Source: an uncultured Alphaproteobacteria bacterium
Lineage (GTDB): Bacteria > Pseudomonadota > Alphaproteobacteria > Micavibrionales > Micavibrionaceae
DNA: 64,000 nt
Direction: 5' to 3'
NCBI GenBank assembly: GCA_963702155.1
Contig: OY969717.1
Span: 657,563 to 721,562, forward strand
Shown: piece after piece, positions 39,875 to 48,936 of the stretch
Numbering within the stretch: position 1 is the stretch's first letter
Layout of the letters: every line of letters starts with the position of its first letter
Made by a program: the position numbers and the translations under genes
Notes under the pieces: generated by a model
Seen by the model: the letters and a program-made list of their open reading frames with translations, nothing else
Told to the model about the DNA's origin: nothing
Database searches by the model: none

Positions 39875-40675
39875 TTAAGAAACGGGGTCGGTGGGATAAG
39901 GATTGTCGGAATGCGGTGACTCATCGTCTTTTTCGCCAGCAATGGATTCCAGCAATCCAGCTTCACCGGATTGCAGAAGCGGCACGACCAGCTCAAGATC
40001 GCAGTTTTTGGCTTTGGCCAGCTCTAAGGCCGCTGCCATATCAATGCCGAGGATTTTGCCGGAAGGTGCGATTTTGAGTTGCGATGTAATGCTCTCCAAA
40101 ATTTCCCATGCCTGCTGTTCCTGTATGATGAGCGGCTGATATTTTTGATAAGGGCAGATGTTCTCAAAAGCGCAGGATAAATCCTGTTCTTTACAGGTCG
40201 CGCAATAGGACGGGCCACCGCTCTTTTTATAATGCCATGCGGTGAGTTTGCGGATGCGTTCCCGAGCTTCGCCAAGTAAAAACACATAACGTGTGAAGAG
40301 CTGGAAAAACCGTTCTGCATACTCCGATATGTCCATCACCTTGCGAATGTTGGCGTCGGTGGGATCGGCTTCTTTTTTGCCGTCATCATCCCATACGCCT
40401 GTCCATGAGACGATATGCGCGATGGCCAGTTCCTTGATTAAATAATCGAGATACAGGGCATTGCGCTCCAACGGGTCACGCAAATTGACGGGCATCTCGG
40501 TCATGAATCCGGCGGCTTCAACATCTGCCAGACCTTTATCAAGATCGGCAATTTTCTGTTGCGCGGTCATCGTGGCAACTGAATAGCCAAGCGTGGTGAG
40601 CGGTTTGACCGTAACAGTAAATCCGCTCACCACCTCTATGGTGTATGGCTCTTTAGGGGTTTTTAGAGAGATCAT
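39875..40675 (-). CDS. Tail assembly chaperone candidate
   Basis: 266-aa ORF between the tube and tape measure genes. Call is by position only. Confidence 0.4.
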   Translation of the reverse strand: MISLKTPKEPYTIEVVSGFTVTVKPLTTLGYSVATMTAQQKIADLDKGLADVEAAGFMTEMPVNLRDPLERNALYLDYLIKELAIAHIVSWTGVWDDDGKKEADPTDANIRKVMDISEYAERFFQLFTRYVFLLGEARERIRKLTAWHYKKSGGPSYCATCKEQDLSCAFENICPYQKYQPLIIQEQQAWEILESITSQLKIAPSGKILGIDMAAALELAKAKNCDLELVVPLLQSGEAGLLESIAGEKDDESPHSDNPYPTDPVS

Positions 40676-41943
40676 GTGTATTGTGTCCCATCCAAATCAT
40701 TGATGAGAGCGACAGTCAGCATATGACCTTCAGCGGAGTTAAACGCGCCTTGGAAATCAAAGCTGGCTTGCACACCGCCTGGGCCGTCCACGGAGAGTTT
40801 CGGTTTTGGCAAATACACCTCATGCGCCGTGAGCTTTAAGATCAATCCGGCGTTAAGCGTATAGGCAAAATCCAAATCGACAGGCGTTCCGGCAGAGGCT
40901 TTATCCACTAGCGTGGTATCAGCAAATCGCACCTCAATGGTTCCGGTTAAAGCGGCAATCGTTGGATCCGCGCCGTCAATCAAACCGTCATCACGGATGG
41001 TTTCGATTTTTTCCATGTTGTTGCTGTATGCGACCGATCCCGCAGTGAGGTTTCCGATATTTTGGCCTTCGCTTTTAATGCTGCCCTGAAACTGGCTAAT
41101 CCGGTTGAATGTTAACTCCTGCGGCGTTCCGCCTTGGCTGGTATCATTACGAGTTTCAGATTGGGCAATCACACCGACGGTGGCCGCCGCCGCACCGGAG
41201 CGTTGGAAATCCAGTGCAAAGGTATTTATCACCACGCCCTTGTGCATAAAAAAGGCAGGGACTTTCGGCATTCCAACCTCAACGGAATAACTCGGCAGCG
41301 TATCCTGGCCGGAGATAAATTTATGCTCCGTGCCGCCGCCTTGTAATGTTGCCGCACTGCGCGTGGCAACGGTGCTATCCTCGGCCAGCGTAAATGTGTT
41401 TCCGGCAGTACCAGCAGTGTCGTGTGTAATTTGCAAACGCTGGGTTCCGGTCGGACGGCTGTAAGTGGCATCATCCACATCATCATCAGCGGAGGCATTG
41501 AGCTGGCTGACAGCATTATTGACGGTCTCAATAACCGTGCCGCCGATTTCAATTTCATCACCCGCCGGAGATCCGGCAACGAATGTAAATTCAACGCCAT
41601 TGATGGTAAGCGTATCGTTTACATCAGGCTGGGCAGAAAAATCATAATATCCGGTGGCCGGAACATTGCTGGATGTTGGATCCCCCAACAAGCCGGTCAG
41701 CCAAAATCCCATAAAACGTGGATCAACGGGGACGGAAATATCGCCCTCATTATTGATAACATCCCGAAGAGGTTCGAGCGGGTCACGGCCATAACCCAGA
41801 ACCGCGTCCTCGATCAAACCTTGTTCACTGGATAGATCGGAGCTGTTGAAGGGCATCCGATAAAAATTGCCGCTAGGCTGTTCTCCATACGTGGTCTCAC
41901 GTTTTAGATACAGCCGTGCGTTTGAGCCATATGCGCGCGCCAT
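40672..41943 (-). CDS. Major tail (tube) protein with an inserted domain
   Basis: 423 aa, in the position after neck genes. Beta-rich. Confidence 0.55.
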   Translation of the reverse strand: MARAYGSNARLYLKRETTYGEQPSGNFYRMPFNSSDLSSEQGLIEDAVLGYGRDPLEPLRDVINNEGDISVPVDPRFMGFWLTGLLGDPTSSNVPATGYYDFSAQPDVNDTLTINGVEFTFVAGSPAGDEIEIGGTVIETVNNAVSQLNASADDDVDDATYSRPTGTQRLQITHDTAGTAGNTFTLAEDSTVATRSAATLQGGGTEHKFISGQDTLPSYSVEVGMPKVPAFFMHKGVVINTFALDFQRSGAAAATVGVIAQSETRNDTSQGGTPQELTFNRISQFQGSIKSEGQNIGNLTAGSVAYSNNMEKIETIRDDGLIDGADPTIAALTGTIEVRFADTTLVDKASAGTPVDLDFAYTLNAGLILKLTAHEVYLPKPKLSVDGPGGVQASFDFQGAFNSAEGHMLTVALINDLDGTQYT

Positions 41944-42029
41944 GGTGTTTTCTCCTTTTTTGGTTGGTGGAATAAAAAAAGCCGCCCATCAAAAAATCGA
42001 TGTGCGGCCTAGTTTGGGGGGTGGAAAAC

Positions 42030-42464
42030 CTAACTCAGTGGTGATGCCGCCTCATATTCTAGAAGCAATGGGATTGCGCCGGATTTGACGGCATGTGAGC
42101 CTGGAATAATCTCGACGGTGACATCGGGGCGTGAATAGGTCATTCCAAAAATAGCCCCACTCAAATCAGGGTCATTGCGTAAAGCGATGCCAATATCTTT
42201 TACAATCGTGTCGAACAGCGTATCGCGGGAGCTTTGTGCGCCGTCTGCCACGTAAATTTCAATCTCGGCTTCGTGATCATAATAAACGGGGTCATAGCCG
42301 CCCAGGGTTTCATCGGCGACCCCGGGGTTTCCGTCCCGCAAAATCACCAAGCCTTCAGGCGGTATTTTCTCCGGCACAGATGCATTGCGTTCGAATGCGG
42401 CTGTTGTTCCGGCATCGATCAAAGTGGCAAGCGATTGCAGGACGGATTCAGGTTTACTGGTCAT
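42030..42464 (-). CDS. Tail terminator/completion protein candidate
   Basis: 144 aa. Call is by synteny. Confidence 0.45.
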   Translation of the reverse strand: MTSKPESVLQSLATLIDAGTTAAFERNASVPEKIPPEGLVILRDGNPGVADETLGGYDPVYYDHEAEIEIYVADGAQSSRDTLFDTIVKDIGIALRNDPDLSGAIFGMTYSRPDVTVEIIPGSHAVKSGAIPLLLEYEAASPLS

Positions 42465-43099
42465 CGGTATTTTTGCTCCAGCAGATTAATATGTTTGATG
42501 CCCCATTGATCAGCGATCTTTTGGACATCCAGTTTTTTCGGCATTTTGGCGGTGGGGATCAGAATAAACATCACCACTGTGGTGAGACCTTTTCCGGTTT
42601 TTAAGGCGCGTTTGCTGGCCTTGCGAAATCCGCGAAACTCACCTGTTTTGCGGCTGTAAGAGGCGCGGCGGTCGTCGGCCACCAAAAATGCTGTGCCGCC
42701 ACGCGTTTTTACAAACCGGAGAGGCCCTTTATTTTCGACATAGTTTTTCGGTGTAGGCTTGCGCCGATTAATCCGTTTCGGGGCATTTTTCGTGGGGATC
42801 GCCAGATATTTGCCTTTTTTGGCTTTGATCAGCGTTCCTTGGTCGAATGATTCAATAATTTGTGGTGCGCGGGAATAAACAAAGCCGCTAATCGTATTCT
42901 TGCGATCTTCATAAAAATTAGACCGCCATGTGCGCGATAACCTTACGCCCATGCCGGAGCCTGTTATATCGCCGCGCAAATCCTTTTTAAGCCCGTTTGT
43001 GGCATCCTTGGTGGAGGACTTGGCAATTTTGCTTATAAGCTCACGCTCGGTCTTTAATCGGGCGCGTATGCTGCCAATTTGCTCGGCTGTTAATCTCAT
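42461..43099 (-). CDS. Neck/head-tail joining protein candidate
   Basis: 212 aa, basic. Call is by synteny. Confidence 0.4.
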   Translation of the reverse strand: MRLTAEQIGSIRARLKTERELISKIAKSSTKDATNGLKKDLRGDITGSGMGVRLSRTWRSNFYEDRKNTISGFVYSRAPQIIESFDQGTLIKAKKGKYLAIPTKNAPKRINRRKPTPKNYVENKGPLRFVKTRGGTAFLVADDRRASYSRKTGEFRGFRKASKRALKTGKGLTTVVMFILIPTAKMPKKLDVQKIADQWGIKHINLLEQKYR

Positions 43100-43419
43100 G
43101 CGGGGCGTGCGTCTATAATCCAGACCAATCCTTCGACATCTTCCAGCCTGGGCTCTGCCTGAATGAGATAATCGATTGAATTGACATTGAGCAGGCCATT
43201 CTCGGCAGGACTGCCAAGATCGGCCACTTTGATTTCAAAAAACAAACTGTCAAAAGTGATCTGCGTCTCCCCCAAATCAAGGAGGCTATCTCCTCGACGG
43301 GGGAGAACACGGATCGGTACGGCGGAACCGCCCAAAGGAATATCAGGCGGAGTATATGTCGCATCCAGCCCAAAAAGCTGAAACGCGGCATCAATAGCTG
43401 CCTGACCATAAGCACTCAT
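43096..43419 (-). CDS. Head-tail connector protein candidate
   Basis: 107 aa. Call is by synteny. Confidence 0.4.
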   Translation of the reverse strand: MSAYGQAAIDAAFQLFGLDATYTPPDIPLGGSAVPIRVLPRRGDSLLDLGETQITFDSLFFEIKVADLGSPAENGLLNVNSIDYLIQAEPRLEDVEGLVWIIDARPA

Positions 43420-43928
43420 TTTTGCTCTCCGCCCCCAGTGGCCTTCGGGTCACCAGTTGTTGAGTTAGTGTCCGGATTATCCGGATTGGCATCAGGATCT
43501 GCATCCGGATCATCATCCTCATCATTGTCATTGCCGTCATCGAGATCATCGGATCCGTCTTGGGCATCGAGAAGTGCTTTCGCATCTTCTTTTTTCAATG
43601 GTTCGGTGTTGATCGGATTGCCCTCCGGATCTAGCACATCCCATTTGCCAAAGCCCTTATGCACCATCTTAAATTCGGATGGTTCAGGGTGATCTTTGGC
43701 AGATGTTTGTTCCAAACGGTCAATCCATGCCTTGGGAATATCGCCTTTGACGATGCCGATTTCCTCGCCGTATTTGAATTCCACCGTTTGCAAAACCTCA
43801 TATTGGTTTTTGCGCTTGGTTTTTTTCAAAGCCTCGGTGCGGATATCGGCTTGCTCTTTTGTCAAAGCCAAAATAAAGCCAGGGGCAAAGCGAACTTTAA
43901 CCCCTGTCACTGTGTAGGACGTTGTCAT
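43416..43928 (-). CDS. Hypothetical head-module protein with an acidic D-rich tail
   Basis: Start MTTSYTV at 43928. The C-terminus reads DGSDDLDDGNDNDEDDDPDADPDANPDNPD. Confidence 0.5.
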   Translation of the reverse strand: MTTSYTVTGVKVRFAPGFILALTKEQADIRTEALKKTKRKNQYEVLQTVEFKYGEEIGIVKGDIPKAWIDRLEQTSAKDHPEPSEFKMVHKGFGKWDVLDPEGNPINTEPLKKEDAKALLDAQDGSDDLDDGNDNDEDDDPDADPDANPDNPDTNSTTGDPKATGGGEQK

Positions 43929-43939
43929 GAAAACCTCCT

Positions 43940-44884
43940 TTATGTGAGCTGCGCTAGGCAGGCATGTTGCCAGAAACCGTAGCCCACATTGCGCCATGTA
44001 TCGACGCCATAGTGATGCTTCTTCTCCTTAAACTCTAATTCAGAGCCTTCAGCGATAGCATCCATGCGGACGGGGTCTTCCTCTTGACGGATGAACGGTT
44101 TGACCGATCCGTCGGTGCGGAACACAGCCAGCTTATCAGTCCATGTGAGGCGCGGATTTTGCGCGACAGATAGGCTGACCTCATCCATGACTTTGACAAT
44201 ATTTGTCTGACCATGGGTGATCACCGGAGCGGCAACAGCGGCCTTGGCAATATGCCATAGGCTTGTCGGCACCATCACAGCGAAGCTGCTGGCGTTTTCG
44301 TTCAACGGCTCTCCAGCTTCATCTTTGAAGGAATAGAGCTGCTGTACCATTTTTAAAATGGCCAACTGCAATTCCTCGACGGATGGATTGGCTGTATTGC
44401 CGTGAACCTCCGTGGGCAAGGCGCTGATATCGATAGACAGCTTATTACTTTGCACGCCACCCTCAATCGGGTGATCGGTATCAAAGAAATATTGCCCGTC
44501 ATAACAGACCTGACTTTCCCCGCCCATAACAAGCGTGGAGAGCAGTTTTGCCCAATGGGAGTTTGTGCGGTCGGCCAGCTCGTTTACACGAACCAAGATT
44601 TGCCCCGTTTTATCACGGCGCATTTCTTTGACCAGAACCTCCAAAGTTGCTTCGAAGTGACGGTTTTCAATAGTGATGCCGTTCTCTTTGAAGCCTTTGG
44701 CTTGGCGACCGCCAACCCACTCACGCATGGCAGGCACTTGGCCGAGCCATTTGTAAGTTTCGGACTCCTGGTCGGAGATAAAGTAGTTAGAGAGTGCCTC
44801 GACCCACTGAAGGCCAGGGTTTTGCTCTAACCGCTGATAGTACGCGCCAATAATGGCGCGCGAAGATAATCCTTGTCCGGACAT
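43940..44884 (-). CDS. Major capsid protein (Mu gpT-like)
   Basis: SRAIIGAYYQRLE...ETYKWLGQVPAMREWVGGR matches the gpT-type head subunit pattern. Confidence 0.8.
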   Translation of the reverse strand: MSGQGLSSRAIIGAYYQRLEQNPGLQWVEALSNYFISDQESETYKWLGQVPAMREWVGGRQAKGFKENGITIENRHFEATLEVLVKEMRRDKTGQILVRVNELADRTNSHWAKLLSTLVMGGESQVCYDGQYFFDTDHPIEGGVQSNKLSIDISALPTEVHGNTANPSVEELQLAILKMVQQLYSFKDEAGEPLNENASSFAVMVPTSLWHIAKAAVAAPVITHGQTNIVKVMDEVSLSVAQNPRLTWTDKLAVFRTDGSVKPFIRQEEDPVRMDAIAEGSELEFKEKKHHYGVDTWRNVGYGFWQHACLAQLT

Positions 44885-44942
44885 GGTTTCGTTTCCTTTC
44901 TATAAAATTAAGGGATTATGGTTGGGGGTTAAGCAGTGACGC

Positions 44943-45353
44943 CTAGGAAGTAACAAGCGTGTCAAACGTGACAATGCCCACACCTGCAGAGACGAAACGC
45001 GCCACCCGTCCAATAAACGTGTTACTGGTCGATGTTTTGGTGAACGTATCGTCATCAGAGGCGTAAACGGCGGCACCGATATCGGTGATCACCAGCGAGT
45101 CGACAGCCACTTCCACCGCACCTTTGGTGCGGACGCGGACATGCTTATCGCCTGCGGCGCCGTCTGAATTGTCGCATTTGGTTTCGGCAAATCCGGCAAA
45201 GGCATCGCCAGCCTGTAAGGGCCGTGCGTAACCTGTACCGGAGACGATGCCGACCGCAGCGCCTTCGTAAATGATATCGGCTGCAATAACAGGCAATTCA
45301 TTAATTGTGCCCAGCTCAAAAGGTCGCTGAACGTCTTTAGCCAACGTGGTCAT
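44943..45353 (-). CDS. Head decoration/cement protein (DUF2190-like)
   Basis: 136 aa between the protease and capsid genes. Confidence 0.6.
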   Translation of the reverse strand: MTTLAKDVQRPFELGTINELPVIAADIIYEGAAVGIVSGTGYARPLQAGDAFAGFAETKCDNSDGAAGDKHVRVRTKGAVEVAVDSLVITDIGAAVYASDDDTFTKTSTSNTFIGRVARFVSAGVGIVTFDTLVTS

Positions 45354-45390
45354 ATGATTTCTCCTATTTTATGTTGGTTGGGGGGTGGGT

Positions 45391-46755
45391 TTATGAGCGA
45401 TTCAAAATTCGAACCTGTCCGGCTTCCTCTGCTTTCACAAAGGCGGTATAGGCATCGAGAGTTTTGAATTCCTTGCGGATTTTGGGATCCTTATCCCATG
45501 TCGCCTTGGCACGTTCATCGACTGGCAAATCAGGATCAACCGGATCTTGCGCTTGCGCTGGATCAACGCTGGGTTCCAAAGACGGAACGCTTTCAGCACT
45601 AGCTTTCATCGCTGATAATGCGTCCGATCCTTTTTGCTTTTCACAAGCAAGAATCTGCATCGCCAGCTCTTCAGCCGTGGTTTTGCCATCAGATTTGGCC
45701 TTTGCGACCATATCCTCGTACCCGGGCATTGCGACATCTTCAATTTTCATGATGCGCTCACGCTCGGATGTGGCTCCGGCTTCTTGACCATTATCGAATT
45801 CCGCTTTTGTTGCGGCCTCCAAATCGTCAGAAGCAGTTTCTTTCCCTTCATCAATCAGGCTTTGAGCGATGGTGGGGAAGCGTTCTTTAATAAACGCCGT
45901 GGTGATTTGACCCAGCTGGATCGTCTCACCGTTGCCTTCTTTTACGGAAGGCGTCTCTTTTTCATGTTGCATGGTGGCAACTCCTTTCGGTTTTGGTTTG
46001 AGGGTGGAGACAAGAGCCAGCGCGTCTTTTAACCCGCCGACCATATCCGTCATGCCGACTGACATGGCGGTTCGGGCAGGAAGAACATCTCCCTGACCGA
46101 ATTCTGATAGAACCGTTTCCGGTGATACGCCGCGATGAAGAGCTACGGCTGCTATAAACTCATCCTCCATGGCATCGATGCGTGCCTGGATGGAATCTTT
46201 GCCTTCTTTTGTGGAGGGCGAGATGTTTTTGCGCGGCGCATTTGAGGAGACAAATTTTACCCAGCGGCTGTCTTCAGCTTTTGGCACCGCCATGGCCACG
46301 CCGATGGAGCCTTGGAATGTTGTCGAGCCGGCCACGATTTTATCGGCGGCAGATCCAATCCAATATGCGGCACTGGCCATGTTGCCGTAGGAATAGGCAA
46401 CAATCGGTTTTTGACCGCGCGCGTTATAAACCGTGTCGGCAAATTCCTGCACACCCGTAATCAAACCGCCTGGGCTATCAATCCGCAGAACAATGCCGTC
46501 AATCGTTGGGTCATTCATGGCCTCGGCAAAAGCGGTTTCTAATTCCTGAATAGATGTGCCGCCAAATAACAGGATTAAAATATTATGATACGGCGTGATG
46601 ATGGACGTAACATCCAGCACTGCAATCCGGTCATGATGCTCAACGCCAGGCGATAAAGTGGGTTGGGGCTGGCCTTGTAATAATGTCGGTGCTTCGTGGG
46701 GCAGCATATCAAGCTGGATCGCCAGTCCTGCACCGGATGGAATATCCCAGGTCAT
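45391..46755 (-). CDS. S49 (SppA/ClpP-fold) head maturation protease with a scaffold-like C-terminus
   Basis: Start MTWDIP at 46755 after AAAGGAGGA. IDSPGG and GNMASAAYWIGSAADK are S49 motifs. Confidence 0.85.
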   Translation of the reverse strand: MTWDIPSGAGLAIQLDMLPHEAPTLLQGQPQPTLSPGVEHHDRIAVLDVTSIITPYHNILILLFGGTSIQELETAFAEAMNDPTIDGIVLRIDSPGGLITGVQEFADTVYNARGQKPIVAYSYGNMASAAYWIGSAADKIVAGSTTFQGSIGVAMAVPKAEDSRWVKFVSSNAPRKNISPSTKEGKDSIQARIDAMEDEFIAAVALHRGVSPETVLSEFGQGDVLPARTAMSVGMTDMVGGLKDALALVSTLKPKPKGVATMQHEKETPSVKEGNGETIQLGQITTAFIKERFPTIAQSLIDEGKETASDDLEAATKAEFDNGQEAGATSERERIMKIEDVAMPGYEDMVAKAKSDGKTTAEELAMQILACEKQKGSDALSAMKASAESVPSLEPSVDPAQAQDPVDPDLPVDERAKATWDKDPKIRKEFKTLDAYTAFVKAEEAGQVRILNRS

Positions 46756-46756
46756 A

Positions 46757-47092
46757 TTAATCCTCCTTTGTGGCTTCGCAGATGTAGAGAACACCGTCCG
46801 TGCCGTTGGACAGGACGGAGAGTTTTTCGCCCTCGGTCACGGTTTCGACCCATGGTGTTTTTTCGGCTAATGGAAAGCTGGTGCCGTCATCGGCGGCGGT
46901 GGGATTATCACCGACATTGATAAAACATTCCTGCGTGGCATAGAGCCGGATGAGCGGTGATGTGAAAACGGCGGATGGGGCAGCGGTGCCGGAAAAGGCA
47001 ATGCGTTGAACGCCTGCGCCGTATGTCCATTGCGGGGCTTGGACAGACACATGCGTATTGCCGCTCACCGCGCATTTAATGCGTGAGGTCAT
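46757..47092 (-). CDS. Hypothetical protein between the portal and protease genes
   Basis: 111-aa ORF, tightly packed. Confidence 0.45.
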   Translation of the reverse strand: MTSRIKCAVSGNTHVSVQAPQWTYGAGVQRIAFSGTAAPSAVFTSPLIRLYATQECFINVGDNPTAADDGTSFPLAEKTPWVETVTEGEKLSVLSNGTDGVLYICEATKED

Positions 47093-47118
47093 GGGGGTCT
47101 CCTGTTGGTTTTGGGTTT

Positions 47119-48690
47119 TTAATCGTTGTCGGAATTGGTAGGGGTGATTGGCTCTTCCGCGCCTGCGGTGGGTTCGTCCAATCCAGCTTCCAAGCGCATT
47201 TTATGTTCTTTAGTGCGCTGGGCGTGTTTGCGCTCCCAATCACCGCCTGTTAATCCGGCAGTTTCTTCAGCCAGTGTTGAAATACCCAGCTCGACACGTT
47301 CGCGGGCGGCGCGACCTTCTTTGAGTTGGTCAATTTGTCCGCGTGGTGGCCCTATCCATTCCGCGCCCAGATAAGCGCGGCGAATAAGAGGATCAGTGAA
47401 AAATCCAGGCGCGTTTAAATATCCGCGCGCAACGGCCTCGGTAATCACAGCTTCATAAACGGGCTGGCAAAATACGCTGGCCGTCCAGTCACGGCGGGAT
47501 TTGAAAAACTTCCACGCCTCCAATAATGCGGCCTGTGCCGCGCTGTAACTGGCGGTGAAATGCTTAACCAGCAATTCAAACGGAATTTCTAATGCCACAC
47601 CGACTTGGCGCATAATGGCCAAAACAAACCCGTCAAAGGCTTGGTTGGGGCGTTTCGGATCAGCAATTTCAATGGATTCATGGGGCAGTAAATCCAAAAT
47701 GGCGCCGGATCCAAGCTCAAAATCTTTATCGTTGCTGGCAGATGGTGCCTCATCGCCCATGGACGATATGCCATCCGGATCTTCGGAGCGTACAAACACC
47801 GTGAACATGGAAGAGATCACCGCACTCATCAATTCGGCTTCGGTGTATTTATCAATCTGTTTGAGGCTTTCAATCACAGGCGACAAATATGGCGGTGTGC
47901 GTGTTTGCCCTGGGCGTTTGCGCGGGATGAGGTGATAAACCAAAGGCAGACCGTCAGCACCATAGGCAGGCACACGCACGGTTTCGGTGCGTTTTTTATC
48001 ACCGTAATCATCCGGATGCCCTTGGCGCATATGATAGGCCAGCGGCGCACCATAACTGTCCATTTCAACACCGCCAGCCATAGATGGCGTGTCTTTGGTA
48101 AAGCTGGGGTTGAGAACGCGGTCGGCTTCAATAACCTGTAAGGCGGTGCCAAACATGCGCCCGGGACGATCAATAAAACGCCGGATCACAAATACGTCTC
48201 CGGCCTCTAGCACCGAGCGAAAACTCAAATCCTGCAGACCGCAAAAGTTTTGAATGCGGCTGGCATCACAATCGGCATTATCAGCCCAATAATTAAACAG
48301 CCGTTCGGCCTGTCGTTCAAATTTAGAAAACACGGCTTCATCTTCACCGAGGACAGGCCGTAAAATCTCACGATCTATCCGGCTTTGCATTTTTAAACCC
48401 ACACCGATTGTGTTGGTGACGACCGTGTTGATCGCGCCTGTGGCAATCGGGGCATTGCGGATTAAATCACGGCTACGGTTTCGAAGCTCCTGAATATCCG
48501 GCAAGGTGGCGTTATCGGCACTGCCAACGCTGGGCTTCCAATTTTGGGTTTGCCGTCGGTCGCGCCGTGCGCCTGTATGCCCTCCGGTTAAGGCCAGCAT
48601 ATGACGGGCGGCGAGACGTTTTAATCCAGCTTGCGGATCAATCCAGCTCACCACATGGTCGGCCAGATTCATTTTGGCTTTCTCAAACAT
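47119..48690 (-). CDS. Portal protein, lambda family
   Basis: 523 aa. The N-terminal pattern ...RDRRQTQNW.P...SADNA.LPD...LRNRSRDL.RN.P is typical of lambda-type portals. Confidence 0.88.
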   Translation of the reverse strand: MFEKAKMNLADHVVSWIDPQAGLKRLAARHMLALTGGHTGARRDRRQTQNWKPSVGSADNATLPDIQELRNRSRDLIRNAPIATGAINTVVTNTIGVGLKMQSRIDREILRPVLGEDEAVFSKFERQAERLFNYWADNADCDASRIQNFCGLQDLSFRSVLEAGDVFVIRRFIDRPGRMFGTALQVIEADRVLNPSFTKDTPSMAGGVEMDSYGAPLAYHMRQGHPDDYGDKKRTETVRVPAYGADGLPLVYHLIPRKRPGQTRTPPYLSPVIESLKQIDKYTEAELMSAVISSMFTVFVRSEDPDGISSMGDEAPSASNDKDFELGSGAILDLLPHESIEIADPKRPNQAFDGFVLAIMRQVGVALEIPFELLVKHFTASYSAAQAALLEAWKFFKSRRDWTASVFCQPVYEAVITEAVARGYLNAPGFFTDPLIRRAYLGAEWIGPPRGQIDQLKEGRAARERVELGISTLAEETAGLTGGDWERKHAQRTKEHKMRLEAGLDEPTAGAEEPITPTNSDND

Positions 48691-48726
48691 TCAAAGTCTT
48701 TCCTTAAAATTTACCTGTGAAGATTC

Positions 48727-48936
48727 TTAAATCGGTATTCCGCCGCGGGCGCGGATGCCTTTGCCGCCACGCTTCACTTTTGCTTCATAACGGGCTTCCA
48801 GCTTTTGGAGGCTTTCGATATCGGCATGAGTGACCTCGCGGCCTTCATAGGCAACTTTTTGACCGCCCAGCAAAATATTATCGATAGCCTTGCGGATATT
48901 GGTCAATTTGCTCTGTGCGTCTTCAAGATCACTCAT
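48727..48936 (-). CDS. Head-tail joining protein gpW-like
   Basis: 69 aa between the TerL and portal genes, with a gpW-like sequence. Confidence 0.7.
   Translation of the reverse strand: MSDLEDAQSKLTNIRKAIDNILLGGQKVAYEGREVTHADIESLQKLEARYEAKVKRGGKGIRARGGIPI

Noticed and set aside
39875-40675. Programmed -1 frameshift of tail assembly chaperone (G/GT-type) genes
   Set aside because: Only one 266-codon ORF lies between the tube and tape measure genes, and I could not identify a convincing slippery heptamer by eye. It is left as a plain CDS with low functional confidence.
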